Notes under the pieces: model-generated
What the model saw: the letters and a program-made list of their open reading frames with translations, nothing else
What the model was told of the DNA's origin: nothing
The model's database searches: none
Translations under genes and position numbers: made by a program
Shown: piece by piece, positions 1 to 13,663 of the stretch
Layout of the letters: each line of letters starts with the position of its first letter
Position numbering within the stretch: position 1 is the first letter of the stretch
Assembly (NCBI RefSeq): GCF_947568905.1
Contig: NC_079165.1
Location: 15,004,001 to 15,068,000, forward strand
Source of the DNA: Ostrea edulis
Lineage: Eukaryota
DNA: 64,000 nucleotides
Reading direction: 5' to 3'

Positions 1-351
1 TGTAAGTGCTAATCAACTGCTACAACTGTAAGTGCTAATCATAGACCTGTCGAATTTTGTGATGCTTTACCTACTGGTGATATCTCACATGAGTAAAAAA
101 AAATGCTCGACGGGACGGCAATCATATCGTAAGATATAGGTCGGGGCAATATCTGATATAGATATATAACATCAAACCTGGTGACCTTGAATATATTGTG
201 ACCTTAAACTGAGAATCAATAATGGTCATTTACCTAGCTGTGTATAACCTTTGATGATAATCTCAAGGTATTAGATATAGCATTAAATGTGGTGACTCCT
301 CTTCTGAAAATCAAAATGGATCATCTATCTTTCATAACATGTGCAAGAATG

Positions 352-656
352 TTTTACCTCCCGTCGAGAATTTTTCACTCATTTTGAGACGTCACAAATT
401 TAGACCTATGGTTAGTATTCAGGGCCATAGCAGTGAGGGCTCTTTATCGTGCCAATGGTCCCGCGACACGGGACCTCCGTGTGAAGGTTATATCCGAAAG
501 ACCCGAGATTCTCACTTATAAATGCCCAGCGTTTGGCGAAAGAGCAATTAGCATCTATTTCAATGTCAATAGGGTTTGATGCGGCCATAGCACGAGCGGG
601 ACTCGAACTCACGACTTCACGAGCAAACGCTCTACCACTGTGCTATCGCGACCGGT
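352..656 (-). mobile_element. tRNA-headed SINE (family S1)
   Basis: Reverse complement of the same head, core and tail. Confidence 0.8.
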
Positions 657-2136
657 TTGATGACGATGCATCAAAAGGTGTAGACAATATTTGACATGGG
701 CGTATCATTAAGCCTTTACAATTTTAACGTCAAAATCAATTTGGGTTGGTACGCGCCTCCCCTAAAATTTTCAGAGTTTCATGCAATTGTATGCCCTTTA
801 CGAGAATACTATTTTAATTGAATTTTTTTAAAGGAGTGTATGTGTATGTAATATATCGTAGATCACTTCACAAAAATATAACGTTTATTTAAAAAAGAAT
901 TTCGTCATAAACCTTATTTCTTCAAATCTGCTGAATCTCCTTAACATCAGCTTATTTGTCAGCAGCATACCTCGATTCAAAGTTTATGTTTCATTTTACG
1001 GGCTAGTAGAATTTTCGAAACAACATAAGGCTAGTAAATCTGTCTAAGGAGAAAGCCAGTATAGTGTCTCAAAGTGTTTTCTTGAAAAAACAAATGAATC
1101 TTAGCACATGAATTGATTAATAAAAAAAAAAAAAAAATTCTCGACCCGCCCTTGGAAAGATACAATTCAATTGAATTCAATGGTTGTTTGTTTTGTCTTT
1201 CAGATACATCAAATTTACTTTCGTATAAAACGGGTGGTGGTTTCACGTTTTTACATGTATATCAATGCAAACTTCGTTGTGATGTGTATACCATGAACGA
1301 GTCTGAAACAGTTTTAAAGTTGTATATTGTTTTTGTTTAGTTATTCTAAAAATAAAGATCCATTTTGCATTCATTTCAATGTGGTTATAAGATCAAGAAA
1401 TGATGCTTGATTAATTTTACTAAACAAGTTTGCATACCAGTTATTAAACATCCATGTCACTACCGCGCGGTCTACTCATCGTGATGACTCTACCGTACCG
1501 GTACCTACTTTACCGTACCATGTGTGTGTCAGGCAATTCACGACTATAAATTTATGAACACAAATTTAATTCAATATATAAGTATTTTGAAAATTAATTA
1601 TCAGCATGTATAACTGAAGAAAAAATTGCTTACCGCTTATCCAAGAGCGCCTTGTTTCAATCATAACACTGCACAGTGTGATGTTGCTGAATGGGAATTT
1701 TTTTCTAAAATAGAGTATACCATTTCCCGTGCTTATTAATACTTATTTGTTTATCATGTACGCGATAAAATATGTTCTGGGTGAAAATTTGAAAAAGACG
1801 CCCTTTGTCTTTATCCCAATTGTCAGTTTGAAAAATATGGTTCCGGCAAGGATTTTTCTTCTCATTTGAGCAGTTCATGTCCATTCCGACGTAATCAAAA
1901 CATTTCAACGATCTTTTAATTATCTCCCTTTAAAAATTGGCGTAGTCCTTTCATTAAACAATCCCCCCCCCCTTCACCCAAGGATAAATTGTACGAAATG
2001 TGTTTGAAAATCTCGAATTCTTGAAATTGTAAAAAAAAAATAACAGGCACCGGACGACGAGAGACAATGTAACATGGGGTTCAACAGTCTCATTTAAAGT
2101 CAGCATTTAAAAATTTATCGTCATTAGAACGTTATA

Positions 2137-2422
2137 ATTTGCCAATACAACATGTCATTGGGTCAAATGCTGTCTGATGTGTTTCATACTAATTATTAGC
2201 TCGTTCTTGACACACTAATTTTGACTACGGTGTACTTCGTTTACCTGATCAGGATACATGTATAGGATTCACGGGATGTGTGACCGGTGAGAAGAGGAAA
2301 CTCACTCTTCCTAGGCATCTGATCTAGTGTGTCTAGAGATTCGTGTTTGCCCTAATCTTAATTTTATATTCTTTATAGGAGCCATGAGATTTGTCACTGG
2401 TCGGTATCTTCACCTTTTCATG
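2137..2422 (+). mobile_element. PLE 3' end fragment
   Basis: cattgggtcaaatgctgtctga...gtgtgaccggt...cttcaccttttcatg, same family. Confidence 0.75.
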
Positions 2423-2646
2423 AGCATGATTTGGCCTGGTAGATTCGAAAAAAAAAAAATTAAATTTGAGTTTTCTGTTATATGAGAAGAAAATATTTGA
2501 GTAAAGTGTCTGACTAAAGTCAAAGTTTCGACAGATTTGTTTTCAAGGAACCTAGGCCAGATACATGTAAACTTACTTGAGCCTCTGACTCTCGTGAACT
2601 AATAATTTCATCAATGCAACTAGTAAATGTATGTCCTTAATTGTAG

Positions 2647-5185
2647 GTCCTATCGTCAGCGGATTAACGAATAAATTTGGATGCCGAATTGTGACAGTTG
2701 CAGGAAGTATTTTTGGTACTCTAGCATTTCTAGCTGCATCTTTCTCCCAAAACATCACAGTTCTGCTCTTAACATACGGGTTTTTAGGGGGTAAGTTTAC
2801 AAAGCAGACGAGTCCAGTTATGTTTTTTTATTAGAACATTTTGTGTATACACGTTATTCCATGATTCTCTTTATATTTTCTGACATCAAGGTTTGGGATT
2901 TGGACTAGTGTATCTTCCTGCCATTGTGATTGTGGGGTACTATTTCGAGAAGAAACGTGCAATAGCAACTGGGATAGCGCTCTGTGGATCCGGAGTAGGG
3001 ACATTTATTTTCGCGCCAGCAAATGCCATGATGTTGGATGCGTTCGACTGGAGGAGCTTAGTAATGATTCAAGCTGGTATTGTGCTGAATGCTTGTGTAT
3101 TCGGTATGCTAATGAGGCCGCTGGAACCAACAAAGAAGATGAGACAATCCTTAAGAAAACAAGAGATTGAAAATGCAAGAAAAAAGGCAGTGGGGAATAG
3201 AAAGCGCAACGCCCACTCAGACTCTAGCATGAAGGGTGCAAGTGATTTTACAGACCTCAAAGAAATAAAGAAAATAAAAGAAAAACAGGAAGACGAAACT
3301 AAAACTGCATCATCGGAGAATACTAGTGGTTTCTTAAAAGGTGTCAAAGCCCACGAAATTCACCCTACCATTCAGAACGGGTATGCAAAGACACAAGGGG
3401 AACCTTTCCTGTCTGTTCCTCGATTAAGAGGTGACTCTTTCCATCACGTGACGAAATCAGACTATTCTCGCCCTATGTACCGACAAGACATCTTTTATAG
3501 CGGCAGTATAACGAACATGCCCGAATACAAATCTTCACAATCAGACATGAAACAGTACATCGCGAGCATTACCAACATCCCCGATATCCCTTCCTCATCA
3601 TGCTGGGACAGGTGTACATGTCTGCCAATGTCAGTTGTTGACACTTTAAGAGACATGTTGGATATCTCTCTGCTCACTGATATTCCTTTTCTCATGATAT
3701 GTGCTGGAAACCTTCTAGCCATGACTGGGTTTTACGTTCCGTTCACATACGTCGTCGATCACGCTTTACAGCTTGGTATTTCCAAACCTGATGCTGCATT
3801 TTTGCTTTCTATCATAGGTAAAACAGTGCGGATAAAACTAGAAATTGGATTTGTGTCTCGATTTGATACTGTAGATTCCTAAATATGCGCGAGGAATGTA
3901 TTATCGTGTAATTTCGCGAGAAGCAAAATAAAATTACTCGCTTTTAGCTTTATATTACTAAAATACATGAAAAACTGTTAATCAACAGACCACCCGCAAA
4001 TTCATATTCGCGTGATTTAACGTCTACGAGTGGTTTCGCGATACCACGTACTCGCGAAAATAAGGAATCTATAGTAACATTGTGTGCTTATTCCTCAGTA
4101 TATAAATACTTTTTATTCCATTAGGTATAACCAACACGGTGGGGAGAATTGCATCGGGACTTCTAGTCGACATATTTAAATTGGATGCGCTTGTTATCAA
4201 CAACGTAGCTTTGGTGTTGAGTGCCGTTCTTCTGTTCGTGGAACCATTCTGTAAAACCTATGAACTTCTAATTGGCTTTTCAGTATTATATGGCTTCTGT
4301 GTGGGTACGTCAATCTTTACACGTGAAGAGCCGGAATATACATACTGCGTATTTAAAAAGAAGTGATAGGAAGACGGGTTCAATGATAAACTGTTCCCAT
4401 CAGAATGTAAAGTTGTAATCATTAAAAATCAATACGTAAAAAAATTATTGATAAATATGAATCTATAGAAAAATATGTCTTTGCTTTTTAGTTATATGAC
4501 ATACTAAGGACACCTCAATAATTGATTATAGTTGAAGAATATGTCTGAATGCAAATACTGCTGCACGGGTAGGCGATTATTTTTTCTATTTTGTTTTTAG
4601 CTGCCTACATCTCCTTAACCTCCATCATTATCTGCAATTTGCTTGGACTGAGAAAACTGACAAATGCCTTCGGACTCGTGACCCTAGCTAGAGGCGTTGC
4701 AGGGGTGCTAGGGCCTCCGGCCGCTGGTAAGTATGAAGGAATGTTATAGAGGTAGAAAGACATTTGAAGTTACAATTTCTATTTTCATTTTGTTATGATT
4801 GCAGGATCCTTATTTCGCAGTAGTTTTTAATCTATGTCATTTCAAATAAAAATATACGATTAAACCTGTCTTGCATTATCTAAATGCATTTATATTTATA
4901 TGTGCAATTACATATCCAGATCTCATTGAATATAGAATTAGATAAGATCCATTTACTGATAAAGCATTCCCTCTCTTCATTCCAGGGGCGGTGTACACGG
5001 CCACCGGCTCGTACAACTATTCCTTCTGGTTGGGGGGATTGATGTTTGCTCTCGGTGCAGGCTGTCACCTGGTACTGCATCTCCCATGTGTCAAGAAAAA
5101 GGCGAAGGGGAACGATTCCGACGAAATCGTTATTGCCGAGGAGGAGGACAAGTCAATGATAAAAGATTGCGGGGAAAACGTGTGA
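2647..5185 (+). CDS. SLC16/monocarboxylate transporter family (MFS) gene MCT-A, 5'-partial, 5 coding exons visible
   Basis: Exons 2647-2790, 2891-3817, 4125-4304, 4601-4726 and 4986-5185 all have AG/GT boundaries with phase-1 introns and join into one frame ending TGA 5183-5185. MCT motifs: [60 protein letters not shown]. The PDGGWGW first exon is not found in 1-2646, so it probably lies upstream of the window. Confidence 0.93.
3867..4076. mobile_element. MITE with TA-flanked CTGTAGATTCCT TIRs (Tc1/mariner-like)
   Basis: tactgtagattcct ... aggaatctatagta (13/14 match), inside MCT-A intron 3. Confidence 0.7.
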
Positions 5186-5880
5186 AGGAAATGAGGAGTG
5201 AGGTTTGAAAAGTGAAAGTAAAAGTGCGTGAAAAAAGAGGATTCATTCATGAAGAAAATGTGAAAATAAACTTATAATCTTGTAATGAAGACGTGATAGC
5301 GATTTCATGTTTCAACAATCATAGTTTATGTTTAGTAAACTAATCATGTACCTTGTGTGAATGAAGTATGTACCCTTTATACGACTTAAAATATCATTAT
5401 CATAACTCAATCGTAGGGGTTAATGATACTAAAGTAATGGTGTGTGTGTATGTGTTTAAAACACATATGCTGAAGGTGCATTTACCAGCTATGACATCTT
5501 GAACAAAACCAAAAACAATGGTGACTAATTTTAGGATTATGTTTGATTCAACGATACCATTCATCGAAGTCATAATTTCATAATTGAAATGGTTTTATCA
5601 CTTTCATGCCACTTGTCTGGTCTTCGTTCATTAACGTTTTCTGAAGATTTTAGAAATGTGATTTTATAAACATTCATAATGCAAATGTACACGAATACAA
5701 ATCCCTCTATTCCGAGAATAATAATGTCTGTATTGCAATAAAATAAGATGTAGAACAAAATCCCTTCAGATGTTGGTATGCTTTTATTCCATTGTTGAAC
5801 TGACCAATTTCTTATACAATGTCTTTGATAACTGTAACAAAGGAAATGGGAAAGATACAGAAGTTTGATATGTATTGTCA

Positions 5881-6100
5881 GCACTATGGCGGGAAATGAA
5901 TAGTACAGTTTACTGTCGGCAATATTGCAGGAAATGAATCGTACAGTTTATTGTCGGCACTATGACGGGAAATGAATCGTACAGTTTATTGTCGGCACTA
6001 TGGCGGGAAATGAATAGTACAGTTTATTGTGGGCACTATGGCGGGAAATGAATAGTACAGTTTATTGTCGGCACTGTTGGGAAAATAAATAGTATACATG
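5881..6100. repeat. 38-bp minisatellite, about 5.5 copies
   Basis: gcactatggcgggaaatgaatagtacagtttattgtcg. Confidence 0.9.
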
Positions 6101-6169
6101 TACAGTTATTGACTGGGTCCGCGGACAACTGTTTTGTTTCACCCACAAGTTGTGATCCTGTGTTAACTG

Positions 6170-6775
6170 AAACAGAATTTATTCCAAAGCTTCTCCATGA
6201 GAAGAGAAAAATCTCTTGCTGTGACCTTCAACTCGACATTTAGATATATCGACACGTTTTATCTATTAAAAATAATCATTTTCATTCATATTTTGATTCG
6301 ATATATCCCTGTGATCTCGAAATAAAAGACACCACAGAGTCCTCTACATCTGCTTCGTACTTAAGATATTTTATTGAAAATAAATATTAACGATAAACTA
6401 ACTAAACTTTATGACAAACTGGATGATTTCAGCTTCTCCATCATCAACTTCTCATATTTATGTACAGTGTAGCAATAAATATTTTCCATTATCACTTGCA
6501 TATGGTGTTTATATCCCTCAACTGATTCGTTACACAAGAGCTTGTTCTGCGTACGATCAGGTTTTAAATCGAGACAGGCTACTTAGAAACAAGTTGATGT
6601 TACAGGCGTGTCAACAATCTCGTTTAAAGTTAGCATTTCACAAATTCTATGGTCGCTATATCTAGTTTAGCAATATAACCTATCATTGGGTCAAATGCTA
6701 CATAATTTCATTGCGTAAAATGTTGCCTAACTGTTTGATACCGATTGTTAGGCCGTTCTTCACACACTATTTTGA
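6170..6775 (+). mobile_element. PLE RT 3' fragment
   Basis: FRYID.., LYDKLDDF and YGVYIPQLIRYTRACSAY (ORF 6411-6665); frameshifted. Confidence 0.8.
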
Positions 6776-6987
6776 TTAACAGGACCCATGGATATTATGG
6801 AACAGGTACTTAGGAGGAGTACACATTCCTTGTCGACCAGTCACATCCGCCATGCGCCTTATATCTTGATTAGATAAACAAAGTAATCCGTAGTCAAAAT
6901 CAGTGTATATAGAAGGTCTAACGATTCTTTTCATATTGAACCCATCGTCTGGTAATTAAAAGTCATTAAGAGAATTCATAACAGAGA

Positions 6988-7265
6988 TAAAGGTGAAAGG
7001 TGAAGATTACGAACAGTGATCAATCTCATAACTCCTATAAGTAATACAAAATAAATAGTTGGGCAAACACAGACCCCTGGACACACCAGGGGTGGGATCA
7101 GGTGCCTAGGAGGAGTAAGCATCCCCTGTCGACCGGTCACACCCGCCGTGAGCCCTATATCCTGATCAGGTAAACGGAGTTATCCGTAGTGAAAATCAGT
7201 GTGCCAAGAACGGCCTAATAATCGACATGAAACACGTCAGGCAGCATTTGACCCAATGATAGGTA
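6988..7265 (-). mobile_element. PLE 3' UTR fragment (well-preserved copy)
   Basis: Matches the window-wide repeat tgaaaggtgaagataacgaacagtgatcaatctcataactcctataag...gggcaaacacggacccctgg...cacccgccgtgagccctatatc. Confidence 0.8.
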
Positions 7266-7569
7266 TATCCCTATTTGAAAGATCGAGACTCGCTGAACTT
7301 CGGACCCATTAAAATAAGTGACTCCATGTAGTCATTTTCAACTATATCCGCATCACTAGTGAGTGATGGACATTTAGAAGGATTTTGTATAAAATGGTCC
7401 ACATTTAACCAATGTAAAGCTGTTATAACAGGAGGTCGATCGGCCACATCGCTCACATCAGTAACCTTGGACCTGCAGTTGTTCAGCTGTTGTGATTTTC
7501 AAAAGATTTGTTTTTCAGTCTCTATTTCCAAGAAATATTTTATCCCATATTGTGGACCCAAGCCCAATT

Positions 7570-8000
7570 TGAATTCCCAGAATGACGATGCCTAAACACC
7601 AATATGACTAACATGACTTTGAAGGTCCATGATAAGAAAATTCTAAAATATTTTCTGAATGTAAAATTTGATCCCCTATTGTTGCTCCACCTAACCCCGG
7701 GGGCCATGATTTGAACAAACCTGAATGTATTCGATGTCAGAAAGGTTTTATGTAAATTTCAACTTTTCTTGTCAAGTAGTTATTCAGAAGATTTTTCAAT
7801 GACTTCATCCCATTTGTTTTCTTTTCTTGATTATCTCCCCTTTGAAGGGACATGAGCCTTCATTTGACAAACTTGAAATTGACCGGTTGGAGAAGATGAA
7901 AATGTGAAAAGTTTAAAGATAGACAGACAGATGGATGGACAAACGACAGACAAATGGTGGTCGGAAAAGTTCACTTGAAAATTAACCTCGGATGACCTCA
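7570..8000. mobile_element. Decayed Helitron/HINE-like repeat fragment
   Basis: ttatctcccctttgaagg...aaaatgtgaaaagttt...(gaca)n...aaagttcacttga. Related pieces at about 1915-2060 and 58880-59250. Confidence 0.45.
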
Positions 8001-9599
8001 AACGTTTGGATGCAGTTGTACAAGTATATCAGTAGGAGGTGCAGGGTGTAGACTTTATCTGTAAATATGATGGAATACAAAACTGAACTTTTTACGACCA
8101 AGAATGTAGCTCATGTTGACGGGATCTATTTTTTTGTTAATAAATGCAAGTGTTTGGAAGGATTATAATCCGTAACCCGCGGTGAGTTAAAGAACGTGTG
8201 ATAGGCAACATCTATAACCACAGAATTCAGTTTTCATTCTTTGTTGAGGAATCCAACTATGGATTAGCTGTGGCTTCTTCAAACAACCCATTCGAGCCTT
8301 TTAATGAATCCGAGTAAAATTTTATGCGAATATAGTGTAAAGCTAATTGTCTGTTGACGAGAGGTGAAAATGAAGCAAGTGGGACATCGTACATATTTTT
8401 ATGACTAAACGTACATCTTTGTGTATTGGGAAAAATAAACATCAGTCCGTCTGGACATGCACAATTCCATACGTTGTTGTTGCGAAAACAGTGCCTACTG
8501 TTTTATCCAATGATCTTGTTATCTATAAAAAGAGGTATTTTGTATCCCAGTCTATTTTCATTCATCTCCATATGTTTAACAGTCTTATTCTTCATACAGT
8601 AGTCTTTATGAAGCGGATAATAACGTACTTAATGACGTCAGCACACATGCCCGTATGTTAACTGCAACGCATGCATGCCCTACATCACCACCTATTCTAT
8701 AACATAAGATGAATGATGAGCCAACATGTTTTATTATTTTTTTTCAACATATAACTAATAATAAATATCATATTTGTAAAGAAAGAAATTATTTTTCTAG
8801 ACCAGCTCAGTGCTAAAGGACCAATTTTAATCTGATCTGCAATGAATTGATGATGTAATTGATAGTTGATGTGTAAAACCTTTACGCATGAACATATTAT
8901 ATAATTATGTAGAAATCAAAACACGGAAATATAACGATGTCGCGGTATAAAACATGATGATGTCAGCAGTCAGCATGCTTTAATATGATGACACCGTTGT
9001 AATCAAATGATATATTACATTCCAGCCTTTGACTGTCCAATATTACAATATAAGTAAATATGAATAGTTCTGCGCACCATGCAAGTTACCTATTCTCTCT
9101 TACAAACTATTTGGGCGACTCTGAATAAATATTTCTTATATCACGTTCCGAAAATTCATGCAGACCTTTCAGACGAAAATAGTCCCGTGTTATATGCCTA
9201 TAAACTATAAAATCTGCAACAGTTTAATTTTGTGGTGGTAAAAAAAAAAGATTTTGAACTACAGAAGGGGGTAGACCCCTAAATTTATATACTATCATGA
9301 TTATATAACAATTTTATCCCTGTGCGTTTACTTACAACAAATAAATAGTTATATTTCATAAACTTTGGAGGAATAATACAACCTTTGGTAAATTCACGAT
9401 ACCCATACACCGATAATTGTGAAGACACGGTCGCAATTGAAAGCATTGCTGAAGACAACTCACATCCAGTCACAATAAATACAACTCGCACCCAGACCAA
9501 GAAAGTCACACTAAATACAAAATATATAACCGTATACTGACATGTTATTCAAAAACACATAACGAAGTAAATACCAAACATTGCAGTATAAATCAGAAA

Positions 9600-10270
9600 G
9601 GTTAAGATAAGGAACGGTGATCAGTCTCGTAAAGAGTGAAATGGTGACGATAACAAATATTCATCAATCTCATAACTCCTATCGGGAATACCAGATTACG
9701 GACCCCTGGACATACCAGAGGTGGGAGCATGTGTCTAGGAGGAGTAAGCACCCCCTGTTGACCGGTCACACTCACCGTGAGCCCTATATCTTGATATTTT
9801 TAATGGAGTAACCCGTAGTTAAAGTAAGTGTGGAAGGAATGGTCTAACAATATGTATGAAACACGTTAGACAGCATTTGCCCAATGTCAGGGTTGTATGG
9901 GCAAACTAGATCGTTATAACCATAGAATTTGTGAAATGCTATTTAAAACGAGAAATGTAACAGCAACTTGTTTATCAGTAACCCATCTCGGTTTAGAAAT
10001 TTATCCTACGTGGAACATGTTCTTACATACTATATAGCCGTTTTGTGGCTTATTAATTCATACAAACTTAATCCAATGGTATACCTTGAATACCGATATC
10101 CGCCAAATTTATGCCCCCGCCCCCACAAAACCCCGGTTCTACGATATCGCTTCAACATGCAGGTGACAATGGAATATTGCAATGTAAATATGGGAAATCA
10201 ACGATGGAGAAGGTGGTGCCATACAGCTTGTCGGGAAGTTGAGTTGCTGGTTTGCCATTAACATCTACGA
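9600..10270 (-). mobile_element. PLE RT 3' end plus UTR fragment
   Basis: Same repeat in reverse orientation, with an unrelated insertion around 9970-10150. Confidence 0.7.
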
Positions 10271-10361
10271 TCAGTAAAACATCAAGATATATATAGAATA
10301 AGGATGCATTGATAAGCTAAGGAATAGTTACATGTATTCTAAATCAATAAATGCCTATGAT

Positions 10362-10453
10362 TCTATATATCACCCATTTCTTAAAATACTATATATATCA
10401 CTCATTTCTTAAAATACTATATATATCACCCATTTCTTAAAATACTATATATA
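10362..10453. repeat. 28-bp tandem repeat, 3 copies
   Basis: tatatatatcacccatttcttaaaatac. Confidence 0.85.
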
Positions 10454-10567
10454 CTGCTGTTTACAGCATTTTATTTCAGTACGTAATCTGAAAGCGAAGA
10501 TTGTAACCGAACACATGTTTTGCCTCTAATAGATACATTAGATAGTCGCAATCACAGTGATTATTTA

Positions 10568-13500
10568 TTACATTATGCCATCATTTTGCACGTTGAGTAG
10601 AGATTCATCGGTTGAGGCCCCCTCAATGTCATCAGTAGAGGTCCCTTCACTATCTATCACAATAGATATATTGTCTGTTTGTGTGTCCTTTGGTGAAACA
10701 CAGTTTTTGAACAATATCAAAGCGCAGACAAAGGCCGAAACCAAATACATACTTCCGGACAGAATGAACGGATATATGTAGGATTTTGTAGAGTCGTAAA
10801 GCAAACCTGTTGGCAAAAATATTTCAATGATTGCAAATTATAAAACAAAGTTTTAAATCAAACAATATTACGGAATTTAAATCCTGAAATCGATTTATGA
10901 AAATGTTTACCTGCTGCTGGGGGGTTCAGAATGAAGGCAATTCCTTGGAAAAAAGCGATCATACTGAAGGCACTGGTTAGTCTCTTAATTCCAAGCTGTT
11001 CAACTATCACAATGGTACGAAGGCAAACGATGCTTGCTAAAATTGAACACAGAGTTAGAAATGAAAATCATAAAAAAAGCTTGAAATAACAGTATTTAAA
11101 ATCGTGAAGAGAAATATGTGTGCAATACATACAACTTACCCATGCATAAACCAAACACTGCTGAACAAATGGCGATCGTGTTATAATCATAGCACCATGG
11201 AAACAAGAAGTTAGTTGCAGCAGCTGTCGTCAAAGCAACCACGTAGATTACTGTGCTGCTGACATGAAATGTGTCGGAAAGAAAGCCCGCCATAATCCGG
11301 CCCACTGTGTTCGCGATTCCACAGATGGATATGACACTTGCACTCTGATCACGTGGTATACCATTAGCTACAGCCATATCTGGTAAGAATGTCAGCGTTA
11401 TGGAATGTGCTGGAAAATGAAAAAAAAAACAGGTAATGAAATACCGAACTTTTATAGATTCTAGAAAAAAATAACAACGATAAAATTTTTCTTGTTTTCT
11501 TATATTATAAACTGTATAGTTAGAATTTGCTTTTTATATTGAAAAAAAGCAAAATTATATCTTTTAAAAGTATCATCGTACTTTTCGACGAAAAGTTAAA
11601 CACCATCTACAAAGAAACAATTGTCAATATTATGTGCAGTTTTATAGTGTAGACCAGTGCCACCTACTGGCCAAATGTTGTAAAGTGTGGTTTTAATTCT
11701 TTATCCTGCAAATCTTAACATCTACAAAAATTAACTTCACATTCTGATATTTCATTAAAAGCTAATTCTGCTATCAAGTTTTCTTCCTATACGGGTATGT
11801 GTTGATCATTTGCTGCGGAGTGCCTTTACTTTGATATAGAATTTGATACAAAATTACTTGTAAATACCATATACAAATTTTTCACCAATTTTACAAATTT
11901 TTCAAGAGTTATCAGATGCTCAAACTGTGAGGAAAGAAAACTAGAAGCTTGATTATTTTATGAAGTGTAAGAAAGAGGAAATGGACGACCTCATGCGATG
12001 ATAAAACAAGACTTACAAATTAATCCTAATAATCACAAGTTCTAAAATTGGATACATATTATCTTTGTTTCAACAATCGCTTTCCATTTTATGATCCGGA
12101 ATATCTACAATATAGTTGTATAATATGACCGAAATAGCTATTTCGTATTTGCAAATATGTGTCTACATTTCACTGTCGAGTAAAATACCTGTACATCTTC
12201 ACAAATCTCTCATACAAGATAGTTATTTCACAAATTTACATCAAAATGAAATTCACGAATCCTTCGTCTCCTTTTCGTATTCATTTAGGTGTATAACACA
12301 TAAAACAACTTCAAGACATAGAGAGGTGACGTCACCGTAGTTATTCTTACTTTACATGAGATTGAAAGTACGTGTATTCTCCATGCAAATGATCAAACGA
12401 AACGCTGCAGAACAACAACAGGGCCCCCCTTATGTATTTTTTCTTTATATATATACCGTCCTGGCATTCACCATGGGCATATTGTGTAGTAAGACTGCCG
12501 GACGTTCACATGACCTATTATCACGTGCAACCATTTATCCACCTTATCACGTCCACGCCCCGACCCCCTGAAAAACAGAAGTGACTGAAAGAAAAAGACA
12601 CTGAAACGAAATATACAACATATATTCAATATGTGTTCATACTAATTTGGAACAGATGCATATTCAAATATCATACAACAGTAAGTTTTCACATTAAGGA
12701 TGTTTTGTTTGAATATCCAAGTTACAAATATCTAATTATCACTTTAGCATAAAGAAAGATCAAAATATGATAATGCCTGGAAAAACATGTAATCGTAATC
12801 CGGAAAAAACCCACCTTAAACACCTGTTCCGTTATACAGAAAAAATAACAAGGATAGTATATGTACACATATATAATTGTTCAACGACATTGAACTGCAA
12901 GCTCATAAGTAGAGTTCCCTGATGTACATATTTGTGCAATGTGTTCAATTATTACAAATCACATAAAAATTCAACTATTTATTCTGCAATCGTCAGTAAT
13001 CATTCATGGGGTCTTTCAGTGGGCCATTTTAGACTACCGATTTTAAAGTAAACTATTTCTTTCCGATTGCAAAAAAGAGATCAGAAAAATTCAGAAACCC
13101 CGATATTTGTTACATCTATTTTATAAGCATTGTGCATGTACATCACACTAAATGCATTAACTCAGCCGTGATTAAAACATGCATATGACTCAGACAAAAC
13201 GCAAAGTACATTCTGAGAGGAAGCTTGTGAAAACTATTTTATATAACACTTAAGATACATGTACATATTTGAAAATTTCCATAGCAGACTAGAAATTATT
13301 GAACGGTTCAGATATAGGTTTCCATTTCTTTTTCAGATTTTGTTCTTCATGAATTTTTATACTGTAGATTCCAAACACACGCGGGAAACTCAATATTGCG
13401 TAATATAGTGAGAAACGTCACTCGCCAATGTGACTACGCGATTTTATTTTCATATCACTGAAATACATGTTAGAAATAAATTCTCGATCACCATACCGCT

Positions 13501-13595
13501 CGTGGGATGATTCGACATCTTTGATATTCCACGAGTCATTTCGCGGCATCACGTGAACTAAGGAATCTACAGCATTATTTGCATTTGGTGCATAC

Positions 13596-13663
<68 letters not shown>

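Noticed and set aside
2881-2892. AAG acceptor of MCT-A exon 3 as a sign of pseudogenisation
   Set aside because: AAG is an allowed though less common acceptor. It follows a pyrimidine-rich tract and preserves phase and the conserved GLGFG motif.
3069-3722. Antisense or alternative-frame ORFs over MCT exons (also 13872-14561, 19657-19950, 43219-44023, 46451-46807, 50214-50698)
   Set aside because: They are shadows of the true coding strand with no recognisable protein features.
3818-4124. The MITE as the creator of the MCT-A-specific intron
   Set aside because: The MITE ends (3867, 4076) are about 49 nt inside both splice sites, so it inserted into an existing intron.
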